The position numbers were made by a program, and so were the translations under genes. DNA of 64,000 nt from Prolixibacteraceae bacterium (GTDB lineage: Bacteria; Bacteroidota; Bacteroidia; Bacteroidales; Prolixibacteraceae). A model generated the notes under the pieces. It did no database searches and was not told where the DNA came from. It was given only the letters and a program-made list of their open reading frames with translations. Positions 9,365 to 19,197 of this stretch are shown here, piece after piece. The DNA lies in assembly GCA_963677955.2 (NCBI GenBank), contig CAXXQR010000001.1, positions 5,662,429-5,726,428 on the forward strand, read 5' to 3'. The number at the start of each line of letters is the position of its first letter. Position 1 is the stretch's first letter.

Positions 9365-11767
9365 TTATTCATACCTCAATGCTTCCACCGGATTCCTCGT
9401 AGCTGCTTTCCAGCTTTGCCAACTAACCGTTAGCAAAGCAATTCCCAAAGCAAGTATTCCCGAAAGAGCAAAAATCCACCAACTCAATGTGGTTTTGTAG
9501 GCAAAGCTTTCGAGCCATTTATTCATGGCGTACCAAGCAATGGGTATTGCAATCACAAAAGCAATAGCAACCCATTTCACAAAGTCTTTATTCAGCACGG
9601 CAAGTACTTCAGAAACTTTTGCTCCATTTACTTTTCGGATGCCGATTTCTTTGGTTCGGCGCTGACTGGCAAACAGCGACAAAGCCAAAATGCCGAGGCA
9701 ACAAATAAGGATGGCACAACCGGCAAAAAGCGAAAAGGTTCGCCGGAACTGCAATTCGGATTGGTACATATTCTGTATTGCCTGATCGAGAAAGTTTATT
9801 TCGACCGGAAAAGAAGGAGATAAATTAGTAGCTGCCGCTTTTATTTCCTGAATGGTTTTATGCAGCGAATTAAAATCTGTTGTTTTCAGGCTAATCAAAC
9901 AAACGGAAGCAGCCGGATCGTTTCGGATGACAAGCGGATCGATTGGAGAATTAACCGATTTGAAGTGAAAATCTTTTACAACACCGATAATTTCGTACGA
10001 TTTGGTTGCTGATTTGATCAGCTTCAGGCCAATAGGATTCGTGATTTTGTTTTCCCTGATAAACGTTTCATTCACGACCACTTTGTTCTTATCCGTTGAA
10101 AGGTCGTTTGTATAAAAACGGCCACTTTTCAGTTCCAATCCCAGCATTTTTGCAAAGTCGGCATCGGCACAAAATGTATTGAAACCGAGTTCCTTTTTTT
10201 CACCATCCGTGTTAGCCTCAATTCCCCACCATTTCGAAAAAGATTTCCCCGGGAAAAACTGTGTGAACGAAATCTCTTTTATGGAAGGTTTTTCTTCCAG
10301 AATTTTCCGGAGTACTTCTTTTTGATCATTCAGTTGCGACGATAATTTTATCCCGATAATGTTTTCCTGGATGAATCCAAGATTGCTTCCGAAATAGACC
10401 TGCTTTTGTACCAGTATCGTAAAAGCGATTAGCACAATGGCAATTACAAACTGAGTGGTGACCAGTACTCCCCTGATCAGGGAATTTGAAGAACCCTGCT
10501 CAACGATCTTTTTCAGGTTATCAACAGCTTTTGACGAAGAAATGCGCAAAGCAGGTATTAAGCTGAAAACCATGCTCAGTATAAAAACACCGATAATGGA
10601 AATGATCAGGAAGGATGAGGTGTAAAACAATTGCCCGTTGAAATGAATGCCGGTATAATTACTGATTGAAGGCAATAAAAACACTACAAACAAAATTGCC
10701 AGAAACAATGATACCAAAAACAGAATAAAAGCTTCGGAAAGTACATTTTTGAGAATAGTTGATTTACTTGCCCCGATAACTTTCAAAACGCCGGTCTGCC
10801 TAATTTTGTCGAGCCATTGCGACGAAGAAATATTAATGAAATTGACCAGAGCAATCATCAGAACAAGTGCGGCGACCATCACCAGAATCATGATTTTTCT
10901 TTTGTCTCCGTTCCGAAGATATGTGTCACCCAGCAGCGAAAATTTGGAGAAATAAATTTGTTTCAATGGAGTTAGTTTCAATTTCGAATGATCTTCCGGA
11001 TTCTGCTCATTCTTTGGGAATAAGCTGGCAATCTTTGGGGTTGTTTCATTGGGTTTTGCTCCTTGTTTCAGGAGTGTGAATGTCAGGAAATTATGCCATC
11101 CCCAATTGATAAACTCCCCGTTGTCTGGTTGAACAATTTTTCGGGTAGCGATTGATGTAATTGAACTGAAAGAAAGACAGCTATTTGCTCTTGGTTCGTC
11201 GATTACAGCAGAAACTGTCAGTTCCTTATCGTTGTTTAGTTTGATGCTTTTACCCAGCGCGCGTTCCCGCCCGAATAGCTTTTCGGCCAAAGGTTTTGCG
11301 AGCACAATGGTCATCGGTTCTTTCAAAGCGGTTTCCAGATTGCCTTCAATGGCCTGATAAGTGAAAAATTTAAAAAAATTGTCATCAGCAAAAACAATAT
11401 CTGAAGTAACCAGGTCTCCGTCTCCGACCTGAAACACCGGTGTTTCATCAGCTCCTGCCAGTCGTACCGATGATTCAATTTCAGGAATATTCAAATCGAT
11501 CTGATCTTTCAGTATTCCCGGCATAAACATATTATCGTTTAAGTCGGCATACAAATAAACACGATCTCCATTTTTATGAAAGTGGTCTGTTGTTAGTTCG
11601 CTGTACGAATAAACCGACAAAATAATGACCAGAGCCAGACTGATTGCCAGTCCAATCAAATTGATTAGGTTCGTGGCCGGTTTTCGTCCAAAGTTTCGGA
11701 TAGTTGATTTTAAAATAGATTTCATGGCTTTCAGAATAGATTTATTGTTTTGAGAATCTTCAGACAT
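9365..11767 (-). CDS. MacB/FtsX-family ABC transporter permease, first gene of the array (true start may be ATG at 11725)
   Basis: SELTTDHFHKNGDRVY, IGVVKDFHF, RRTKEIGIRKVNGA; ends NPVEALRYE. MKSILKSTIRNF (11725) matches the paralog N-termini better than the first ATG. Confidence 0.95.
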   Translation of the reverse strand: MSEDSQNNKSILKAMKSILKSTIRNFGRKPATNLINLIGLAISLALVIILSVYSYSELTTDHFHKNGDRVYLYADLNDNMFMPGILKDQIDLNIPEIESSVRLAGADETPVFQVGDGDLVTSDIVFADDNFFKFFTYQAIEGNLETALKEPMTIVLAKPLAEKLFGRERALGKSIKLNNDKELTVSAVIDEPRANSCLSFSSITSIATRKIVQPDNGEFINWGWHNFLTFTLLKQGAKPNETTPKIASLFPKNEQNPEDHSKLKLTPLKQIYFSKFSLLGDTYLRNGDKRKIMILVMVAALVLMIALVNFINISSSQWLDKIRQTGVLKVIGASKSTILKNVLSEAFILFLVSLFLAILFVVFLLPSISNYTGIHFNGQLFYTSSFLIISIIGVFILSMVFSLIPALRISSSKAVDNLKKIVEQGSSNSLIRGVLVTTQFVIAIVLIAFTILVQKQVYFGSNLGFIQENIIGIKLSSQLNDQKEVLRKILEEKPSIKEISFTQFFPGKSFSKWWGIEANTDGEKKELGFNTFCADADFAKMLGLELKSGRFYTNDLSTDKNKVVVNETFIRENKITNPIGLKLIKSATKSYEIIGVVKDFHFKSVNSPIDPLVIRNDPAASVCLISLKTTDFNSLHKTIQEIKAAATNLSPSFPVEINFLDQAIQNMYQSELQFRRTFSLFAGCAILICCLGILALSLFASQRRTKEIGIRKVNGAKVSEVLAVLNKDFVKWVAIAFVIAIPIAWYAMNKWLESFAYKTTLSWWIFALSGILALGIALLTVSWQSWKAATRNPVEALRYE

Positions 11768-11807
11768 TTTAATAGATACTCAAAACATGGCTCATATTAA
11801 TTAGTCG

Positions 11808-11822
11808 GCCAAAACTATACCA
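11808..11822 (-). promoter_or_regulatory. Candidate sigma54 (-24/-12) promoter of the permease array
   Basis: Minus strand TGG-TATAGTTTTG-GC has exact GG-N10-GC spacing, about 40 bp upstream of the first ATG. Confidence 0.45.
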
Positions 11823-11876
11823 AAACAACAATTAACTAACAAACAACATATTACATCAAAATTACTTATTTTTTTT

Positions 11877-11893
11877 TGTCAAATAATTTGACA
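11877..11893. promoter_or_regulatory. Perfect palindrome, candidate activator/operator site
   Basis: TGTCAAA-TAA-TTTGACA, about 55-70 bp upstream of the sigma54-like -24 element. Confidence 0.4.
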
Positions 11894-11905
11894 TCCTATG
11901 TATGA

Positions 11906-12289
11906 TTATTTACCATTTAAGCATTGACACAATCGGAAAACTAAAACTCTTTTGTCTTTTGATTCACTCTCAAATGCAACCCGATTAAACAACTCACGCA
12001 TCCAGCTACGAATGCGGTTTCCGTAAGTGGATTCCAGCTCTGAAGCTGAGAGGTCTGTTGTAATGTGGGTCATCATTCGTTTGGAAACAAATAAATCGTA
12101 ACAGTTTAGCTGGATATCAGCCATCACGTTGCATTCGTTGCCGAAGTATTTTGGGTTCTGTTCCAATCCCATATCATCGAAACAATACACTTTGGGGATG
12201 AAAGGCGTATTGGCATATCTGACAAACGATCCTTTGCTGTAATGGTTGATCCCATCAGATGCTTCGCTATTTGTTGATGAATTATGCAA
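11906..12289 (-). pseudogene. C-terminal remnant of a P-loop ATPase (DnaC/IstB-like) typical of Bacteroidota integrative elements
   Basis: YCFDDMGLEQNPKYFGNECNVMA...THITTDLSASELESTYGNRIRSWMRELFN...DKR. Walker-B-like FDD and 'YGNR.RSR.RE' segments are present, but there is no Walker A or N-terminal half. Confidence 0.7.
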
Positions 12290-12494
12290 ATATACCCGGC
12301 TCTAGAAAGACCGATGTGGCCAAATCTAGGGTTGTTGTAGCCGAAAATGCTTCTGAGTTATTTAACAAAATGAGACCGAATTTAGAGTACCGGTTTATTT
12401 CATTTATTGATCCAAAATACGCTGTGCTTTCAGTTTATTTTGTGCCATTTTTGTAACCAGGTTACTTTCTTTCTTAAAATAGAAAATTCATAAG

Positions 12495-12502
12495 TACATT
12501 TG
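12495..12502 (+). promoter_or_regulatory. Bacteroidota sigmaA -7 element (TAnnTTTG) upstream of the TMEM175 gene
   Basis: TACATTTG about 43 bp before ATG 12545; -33 TTTG only imperfect. Confidence 0.4.
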
Positions 12503-12544
12503 TTAAAAGTGGTTGACTGATTATAAAACTAATAATTTACTGGC

Positions 12545-13243
12545 ATGGCAACATCTAAACACAGGCTTGAAACTTTTATTGATGGAGTAATTGCCATTAT
12601 CATCACCATTATGGTTCTGTCGATTCCGCTGCCAAAGTCATTCGAACTGAAAGAATTGCTGGGTTTTGCTTCTTCGCTGTTTATTTACCTGCTCAGTTTT
12701 TTGGTGGTCGGCGCTTTCTGGAACCAGCATCATCAGGCGTTCAGCTATCTGGAGAAATTGAATCAAAAGATCATCGCAGCCAATATCTTCTTTCTGTTTT
12801 TTCTTTCGTTGATCCCGCTTTTCACCAAGTGGGTAATCGAAAATCAGGGCTCGCTGATTCCGGTGATTGGCTACGACTTGGTTTATTTGGCAGTAAGTTT
12901 TTTCTACGCGTTTTCGTTCCGGTTAATCATCGAAGAAAGCGGCAATGACGAAATCAAACACTTAACAGAGCGGATGAAATCGCGAAAAGAAGCAGAACGT
13001 CATGCCTCGTGGTTGCCCCTGATTGTGTTGTTGCTGATCACTGTTGCGGTGGTATTCGGTTCAATTTACTTCCCGAAAGTTTCAATCTTTATGCTGATGG
13101 CAATCCCAATTTCATCGTCCATCTTTAATCTGTTTATTTCCGGAGAAAGAAAAGTTGTCGGCAGAAATAAAAAGAACGATATTCCAAAAAAACAAACACA
13201 CCAACTTGATAGAAGTCAGTGTGTTTATTGGTTCACAGCATAA
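12545..13243 (+). CDS. TMEM175-family (DUF1211) potassium channel
   Basis: RLETFIDGVIAIIITIMVLSI resembles the TM1 RxxxFSD signature; also SFLVVGAFWNQHH and FLFFLSLIPLFT; about 6 TM helices. Confidence 0.9.
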   Translation: MATSKHRLETFIDGVIAIIITIMVLSIPLPKSFELKELLGFASSLFIYLLSFLVVGAFWNQHHQAFSYLEKLNQKIIAANIFFLFFLSLIPLFTKWVIENQGSLIPVIGYDLVYLAVSFFYAFSFRLIIEESGNDEIKHLTERMKSRKEAERHASWLPLIVLLLITVAVVFGSIYFPKVSIFMLMAIPISSSIFNLFISGERKVVGRNKKNDIPKKQTHQLDRSQCVYWFTA

Positions 13244-13245
13244 AT

Positions 13246-16200
13246 TTAAACTGTTTCGATAGTTGCCTGCAATTTCTTCTTCCTGAAAAATTTATCAATC
13301 TTGCGGGAAAACCAAAGTTTTATATTTTCCACCGTTAAAAACATCACCGGGACAATAATCAATGTCAGAAACATTGAACTGGTCAATCCGCCAATGAGTA
13401 CCCAGGCAATGCCGTTTTTCCATTCCGAAGCAGCTCCCGAAGCCAAGGCAATAGGTAGCAGCCCGATAATCATAGCTACGGTGGTCATCAGCACCGGACG
13501 CAAACGTGTTTTGGTTGCTTCGAGCAACGCGTCGGCGGTATTTTTTCCCAACTTTTTCAGATGGTTGGTAAAATCGACTACAAGAATTGCGTTTTTGGCA
13601 ACTAGCCCAATCAGCATAATTATCCCTACAATACTGAAAATACTCAGTGTTTGTTTGGCAAGCGCCAGACCCAGAAGTGCGCCAACAATGGCCAGTGGGA
13701 TGGTAAACAGCACTACAAACGGATAGAGGTACGACTCGTACAAAGCAACCATGATGAGGTAAACCAGGAAAATGGCGGTTAGCAGCGCAAACCCAAGAGT
13801 ACCGAATGCATCGCCCTGCATTTCCATATCGCCGGCATAGGTTACTGAAACGTTGGAAGGTAGCTTCATAGCATCAATTTTTTTGCGGATTTCGTCGCCC
13901 ACATCGCCCGATGAACGGCCCAAAACCTGCGCCTGCAAAGTGGTAGAAGCATTCTTGTCGTATCGTTCCAGGGCCGAAAATCCTCTTTTATAGTCAATTG
14001 TGGCAAACTGCGACAAACGGATTGGCTGATTTTCAGTATTAATAAACGTAAGGTCGGAAACATCGCTCAGTTTGCGGCGGTTAAACTCATCGTACACCAC
14101 ATTGATGTCGTATTCGTAGGAACCATCAGCAAATTTGGCATCCGTGTTTCCACTGAAAGCCGTTGAGATAACGCCGCCAACAGAGCTCAAATCGAGGCCG
14201 AGTGTAGCCATTTTCTTTTTGTCGAGTTCCACCGAGATTTCGGTATTGGCATTTTCAAGTGTCGATTTCACATTCGTGGTTCCGGGTGTTTTTTCCACCA
14301 ACTCCTGAATTTCTGCTGAATATCTGGTCAGCGAATCGGGATTCGACGACATAACAATAATCTGGATAGGAGCATCGTCCGTACCTCCAAACATCGGGTT
14401 CATAACTGCGGCGGTGATTTTTGCCCCTGTAATTTTCCCCATCAGTTCGTTTTTCAACTGATTGGCATACACATTGGCCGTCACCTCACGAAATTCTTTG
14501 TCAACCAGTTTTATATCAATTTCAGCTTTGTTGGCGCTGTTGGCATTCATCCCCATTCCTTCGCTGGTTGCGCCAATCGTCGAAAACAGCGATTTTATCT
14601 CGGGCTTCGTTCTCAAAATCCGTTCAACTTCGAGCACTTTCAGGTTTGTTTCTTTCAGCGTGGCGTCCTTGGGCATTTCTACCTGGATGACACATTCTCC
14701 GGCATCGCCCAGACTAAAAGCTTCCGTCCCGACAAATCCTGCCGGAATCAACATCACCGAAGCGATGAAAAGTAAGGTTGCTGCAGCAAATGTGATGAAT
14801 TTATGGTGCATGGCCTTTGCCAGTAACTTCTGGATAAAATTGGAAAACTGATTAATTTCTTTTTCAATCCAAAGGAAAAAGCGGCCGGTGATTTTTTTGT
14901 TGCTGAGGTGTTCCAATTTGGCAAAACGCGAAGCCAGCAGCGGAATAGCGGTGAACGCAACCAGCAAACTAAGTAGCGTTGTAATTACCACCACCAGAGC
15001 AAACGGCCCAATCAACGGGGCGATAAAGCCGGAAGACAAGCCAATGGGCAGGAACACCACCACATCGACCAGTGTAATGGCAATGGCTGTGAAGCTGATT
15101 TCGGAACGTCCGTCGAGTGTGGCTTGCATGCGGTCTTTACCCATTTCGAGGTGCCTGTAAATGTTTTCGAGAACCACAATGGCATCGTCAACCAGAATAC
15201 CAATTACCAGCGACATGGCCAGCAAGGTCATAATATTCAGGCTATAACCAAGCAAATACATGCCGATGAACGACGAAATAATGGACAACGGGATGGCTAT
15301 CATAACAATCAGCGCGTTGCGTAAACCGTGCAGGAAAATCATCATGACCAGCGCCACCAGGAAAATGGCAAACATCAGGTCGTGCATCACCGAGTCGGCG
15401 GCATGTTCAGTAAAATCCGACGAGTCGAATGCTACTTCAAAGTGTAGTTTGTCTGCCTGGTAATTTTGTTCCATTTCTGCAATTTTTTGGCTCACATTAT
15501 GGCAAACTTCCACCGCATTGGCATCGGTTTGCTTTTTAATGCTGATGCCAATTGAATTCGTACCATTGATGCGGTTCAATACCGTGCTTTCCTTCTCCAC
15601 ATCAAGCACCTCGGCCACGTCTTTCACCAAAACGCTGGCACCATTTTCTCCTGAAGTAATCACTGCATTGCGAACGTCGTTGATGTTCCTGAATTTGCCC
15701 GTAAGACGAATGTTGGTTTGCGAATGACTGTCTTTTATCTTTCCCGCCGGGAAATCGGCATTCGATTGCTGAATGGCTTGCAAAACCTGTAACGAAGACA
15801 GATTGTGCGCTTTCAGCTTGTCGGGATCAAGGCTAATCCTTATTTCGCGCTCGTTACCACCTGCCAGCGAAACTTCGGCAACCCCTTTTATCCGTGACAG
15901 TTCGGGCTGAATGGTGTGTTTCACCAGGTCGTAAAACTCGGTGGACGGCATACCGGAAGTCACCCCCATTTTCATCACCGGAAGATCGCTGGTTGCAATC
16001 TTCGAAATGACAGGCTGCTCCACATTTTCCGGCAGAGAACTAATCCCGCCGTTAATCCGGCGTTGAGCATCCTGAATGGCATTGTCAACATTGCCCGACA
16101 TTTTCAGCGAAACGCCAACAATGGAAACTCCTTCGTATGAGGTTGACTGGATGTGGTCGATATTTTCGACAGACGAGATGATTTCCTCCAGTTTTTTGGT

Positions 16201-16389
16201 CACATCGTTTTCCACTTCCGATGGCGATGCGCCGGGATAAACTGCGGTGACGACAAATGCAGGGGCAGTCATTGGTGGAAGCAATTCGTATTTCAGGCTT
16301 TTGTAGCCTGAAAAACCGAGAAACAACAGGACGGTAAAAACCACTACCACCAATGTGGGTCTGTTGACCGATAATTTTGAAATATTCAT
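13246..16389 (-). CDS. RND efflux permease, AcrB/AcrD/AcrF family
   Basis: 1047 aa; GILVDDAIVVLENIYRH, GLVAKNAILVVDF, RLRPVLMTT. Confidence 0.96.
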   Translation of the reverse strand: MNISKLSVNRPTLVVVVFTVLLFLGFSGYKSLKYELLPPMTAPAFVVTAVYPGASPSEVENDVTKKLEEIISSVENIDHIQSTSYEGVSIVGVSLKMSGNVDNAIQDAQRRINGGISSLPENVEQPVISKIATSDLPVMKMGVTSGMPSTEFYDLVKHTIQPELSRIKGVAEVSLAGGNEREIRISLDPDKLKAHNLSSLQVLQAIQQSNADFPAGKIKDSHSQTNIRLTGKFRNINDVRNAVITSGENGASVLVKDVAEVLDVEKESTVLNRINGTNSIGISIKKQTDANAVEVCHNVSQKIAEMEQNYQADKLHFEVAFDSSDFTEHAADSVMHDLMFAIFLVALVMMIFLHGLRNALIVMIAIPLSIISSFIGMYLLGYSLNIMTLLAMSLVIGILVDDAIVVLENIYRHLEMGKDRMQATLDGRSEISFTAIAITLVDVVVFLPIGLSSGFIAPLIGPFALVVVITTLLSLLVAFTAIPLLASRFAKLEHLSNKKITGRFFLWIEKEINQFSNFIQKLLAKAMHHKFITFAAATLLFIASVMLIPAGFVGTEAFSLGDAGECVIQVEMPKDATLKETNLKVLEVERILRTKPEIKSLFSTIGATSEGMGMNANSANKAEIDIKLVDKEFREVTANVYANQLKNELMGKITGAKITAAVMNPMFGGTDDAPIQIIVMSSNPDSLTRYSAEIQELVEKTPGTTNVKSTLENANTEISVELDKKKMATLGLDLSSVGGVISTAFSGNTDAKFADGSYEYDINVVYDEFNRRKLSDVSDLTFINTENQPIRLSQFATIDYKRGFSALERYDKNASTTLQAQVLGRSSGDVGDEIRKKIDAMKLPSNVSVTYAGDMEMQGDAFGTLGFALLTAIFLVYLIMVALYESYLYPFVVLFTIPLAIVGALLGLALAKQTLSIFSIVGIIMLIGLVAKNAILVVDFTNHLKKLGKNTADALLEATKTRLRPVLMTTVAMIIGLLPIALASGAASEWKNGIAWVLIGGLTSSMFLTLIIVPVMFLTVENIKLWFSRKIDKFFRKKKLQATIETV

Positions 16390-16400
16390 GACAGTCGGAT

Positions 16401-17468
16401 TTATTGAATGATTTTTACTTTGGTACCGTTCGTCAGGTTTATTTGTCCTGAAACCACCAGGACATCGTCTTCGGCTAAACCTGAAGTTACTATCACTTCC
16501 TTTTCATTTAAAGGGGAGACTGATATTTTGGCGAGCACTGCCGAATCACCTTTCACCAAAAAAACTTCGGCATCCTTTATACTTCCCTGAATGGCCACAC
16601 GCAGAATGACCAGCGCCTGCTGACCACCCCCTTCTGCAAACGTTACTTTCCCGAACATGCCTGGTTTTATTTGGCCGTTAGCCGTGGTGTTCAGCGAAAT
16701 TTCCACTTCGAATTGATTCGACTGATTCGCTTTTTCATTGATTGAATTAACCGTTCCTTCCATGTTTTCGACAGGTAAATCATCGGCTGTAACTGAAACG
16801 GTCTGCCCCTTTTTTATAGAACCAAGCTGTTCTGCAGTGACATTCACCACTAGCTTGATGCGCGAAGTCGTTGCCAAATAAAAGGTTTCGCTTCCGGGTG
16901 AGAGGAAACTCCCATTTTCCACTTCGCGCCTGGTGATGCTGCCCTCAAACGGGGCTTTGATGTACGAATTATCGTACTGGTTCTGAAGGTCGGTGAGCGT
17001 GGTACGGGCATCCATCACATCTTGTTTCGACTGTTCAAGCTGCTGCGCTGTTGCACCGTCAGTTCTTACCAGCGACTCGTTGCGCTGCAAATCTTTTTCA
17101 AGCTTTTGTAAATTCGCTTTTGCCTGCTGCAACTGCACTTCGAGCACCGAATGATCCAGTTCGGCCAGCACTTGTCCGGCGTAAACGCGGTCGCCAACTT
17201 TGACATTTACGGCAATAACTTTTCCTGCAATTTCCGACGACAACACAACTTCTTTGTCGGCAGCAAATGTTCCATCAGCCGTGAACTCGTTGTCGATGGT
17301 CTTGAGGATGGCTTTCTGTGTCAGCACCGGTACGGCGCCCGATGTTTCGGAGGCCAGTTTTTGTTCGCGATCGAAACTTTCTTTGTTCGATACCAGTCGT
17401 GCTGCCACGGTGGCAATTAGGATAAGCACGATGGCGATTACTTTAAAATTCTTTTTCAGTAGTTTCAT
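16401..17468 (-). CDS. RND periplasmic adaptor (membrane fusion protein)
   Basis: N-terminal anchor; SEIAGKVIAVNVKVGDRV and IKAPFEGSI lipoyl-like halves; helical hairpin; IKPGMFG. Confidence 0.94.
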   Translation of the reverse strand: MKLLKKNFKVIAIVLILIATVAARLVSNKESFDREQKLASETSGAVPVLTQKAILKTIDNEFTADGTFAADKEVVLSSEIAGKVIAVNVKVGDRVYAGQVLAELDHSVLEVQLQQAKANLQKLEKDLQRNESLVRTDGATAQQLEQSKQDVMDARTTLTDLQNQYDNSYIKAPFEGSITRREVENGSFLSPGSETFYLATTSRIKLVVNVTAEQLGSIKKGQTVSVTADDLPVENMEGTVNSINEKANQSNQFEVEISLNTTANGQIKPGMFGKVTFAEGGGQQALVILRVAIQGSIKDAEVFLVKGDSAVLAKISVSPLNEKEVIVTSGLAEDDVLVVSGQINLTNGTKVKIIQ

Positions 17469-17482
17469 TTTGTATCTTGATT

Positions 17483-18817
17483 TTAATTGTTCCCAAGTTT
17501 TCCATTGATTTTTTTCAGTTCCAGTGCTGCATTATTCAGCTGCAACACTGCATCAACGTATGAAAGCCGCGCTTCGGTGAGCGAGTTTTCTGCCAGAATA
17601 AGTTCCGAGAGAAGCAGCATTTGCTGTTTATATTGATCCAAACTAATGTTGTAATTGTCTTCGGCCACCTTCATGTTTTCCTGCTGGCGACGAATGGCTT
17701 TCAAGCTGTTGTTAAATTCTGTCAGCGCATTTTGGTAATCTTTTCCAAGGTTGTTCAGCGCATTTTGGCGGGTATTCTGCAATTGCTCGACTTCCGAATC
17801 GTATTGCTTGATTTTGTTATGCTTTTCGAATCCGTCGAAGATGGGCACATTCAAGCTCAAGCCCACAAAACCAACATGAAAAAAGCGGTCGTTTCCATCG
17901 AAAAAATTGAATTTGTTTTGTTGCCCCTGGTAGTAAAACTGGCTTGACGCAGCCAGCGTAGGGATGTATTCATGAGCAATGGATTGTTTGTTTAACCGTG
18001 CCGATTCAAGTTCGTTTTCAATAAGTTTGACATCATTATGGCTGGCAAAATCAGGCTGCCCAAGTTCTGAGATTTCAGGTTGCCTGTTCAGAGAATCGGT
18101 TAGCCGAAGCTGAGTATCTCTGTCCAAGCCCAAAATGTATTTGAGCATATTATTTTGTTGATCCTTTAGTTTTTGCAGATTGTCAATCTGGGTCAGAAGG
18201 TTATTTCGGGTTACCGACACTTTCGAATAATCGATTTTTCGGGCAACTCCGTTTTTAATCTGGCCGTCCAGAATTTCGAGTAGTTTATCTGTATTGACGA
18301 GGTTTTTGTTCAGGTACGCAACCTGCTCGCTGGTTGACTGGCTCAAATAATACAACTGGTGCACCTGGTACAAAATTTCCTCTTTCTTCTGTTGCAGTGA
18401 GAGATTACCCATTTCTTTCATGCTCCTGGCCAGCTTGATTGCAGTGAGCTTACTCAAATCAACCAGCGACATCGAAGCTTTGAAGCCACTGCTCCAGTCG
18501 AATTTGGTTCCTATTTCCACAGAAATTTCTCCTTCCTGACCAAAAAATTCGCCAGGCATCATCATTCGCGGAATGGCATAGTAGTAATTGAAATCGCTGT
18601 AGCCTTCAACCGTTGGGTAAAGTTTGCTTTTGGCTTCCAGTTCCTGAAAATGGTTTTTCTGGATTTCAATGCGGGCATTGACGATTTGCAGGTTGCTGTC
18701 AACCGCCAGTTGGCAAGCTTTTTCCAACGAAAGTCCCAGGGTTCGTTCCTGTGCATTTACCGAAAATAAAATTCCAGATAAAGCACTGATAAATAATAGT
18801 TTTGTGAACTTTTTCAT
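17483..18817 (-). CDS. TolC-family outer membrane efflux protein
   Basis: Signal peptide; LSLEKAC; GLSLNVPIFDGF; helical repeats; first gene of the efflux operon. Confidence 0.92.
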   Translation of the reverse strand: MKKFTKLLFISALSGILFSVNAQERTLGLSLEKACQLAVDSNLQIVNARIEIQKNHFQELEAKSKLYPTVEGYSDFNYYYAIPRMMMPGEFFGQEGEISVEIGTKFDWSSGFKASMSLVDLSKLTAIKLARSMKEMGNLSLQQKKEEILYQVHQLYYLSQSTSEQVAYLNKNLVNTDKLLEILDGQIKNGVARKIDYSKVSVTRNNLLTQIDNLQKLKDQQNNMLKYILGLDRDTQLRLTDSLNRQPEISELGQPDFASHNDVKLIENELESARLNKQSIAHEYIPTLAASSQFYYQGQQNKFNFFDGNDRFFHVGFVGLSLNVPIFDGFEKHNKIKQYDSEVEQLQNTRQNALNNLGKDYQNALTEFNNSLKAIRRQQENMKVAEDNYNISLDQYKQQMLLLSELILAENSLTEARLSYVDAVLQLNNAALELKKINGKLGNN

Positions 18818-19109
18818 AGATATTTAATTTGTTTTTTTGCATGTAAAGAGCCTGTCCCGCATCAATCGGGATTCAAATGGCTTGTAAAATCATAATGTTG
18901 AATTAAAAACTCAGACAGAAATTATCTGGTTGTTTTATGAAGTTTTCTAGTTTTCTGAATTCATAAACTGTTTTCTCAAATTTTCATGTGTTAAATTTTA
19001 AAAGTTGCTTCTACAATGTTCTCACCATTGCAGACAAGCAGCTTTGAAAAATATTTTAGAGAACTGGCATTTTTTCGTCTTTTATTTAAAATATGCTCAC
19101 AATAAGCAA

Positions 19110-19139
19110 GAAAGGCTGCCCTTTTCAGAGCAGCCTTTC
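19110..19139 (-). terminator. Hairpin downstream of the ECF sigma gene, probable intrinsic terminator
   Basis: GAAAGGCTGC-N10-GCAGCCTTTC perfect 10-bp stem; followed by TTGCTTATT on the minus strand. Confidence 0.6.
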
Positions 19140-19197
19140 CAATCGTTTCATTTGAGCGGACATTTGAATTTTGAATGTTCCTCTCATTTCTATCCTT

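Noticed and set aside
12259-12456. 65-aa plus-strand ORF
   Set aside because: No recognisable motif; overlaps the decayed ATPase remnant; probably spurious.
13301-17947. Many 60-141 aa ORFs inside the RND/MFP/TolC genes
   Set aside because: Off-frame or antisense ORFs expected in long GC-richer genes; no independent signals.
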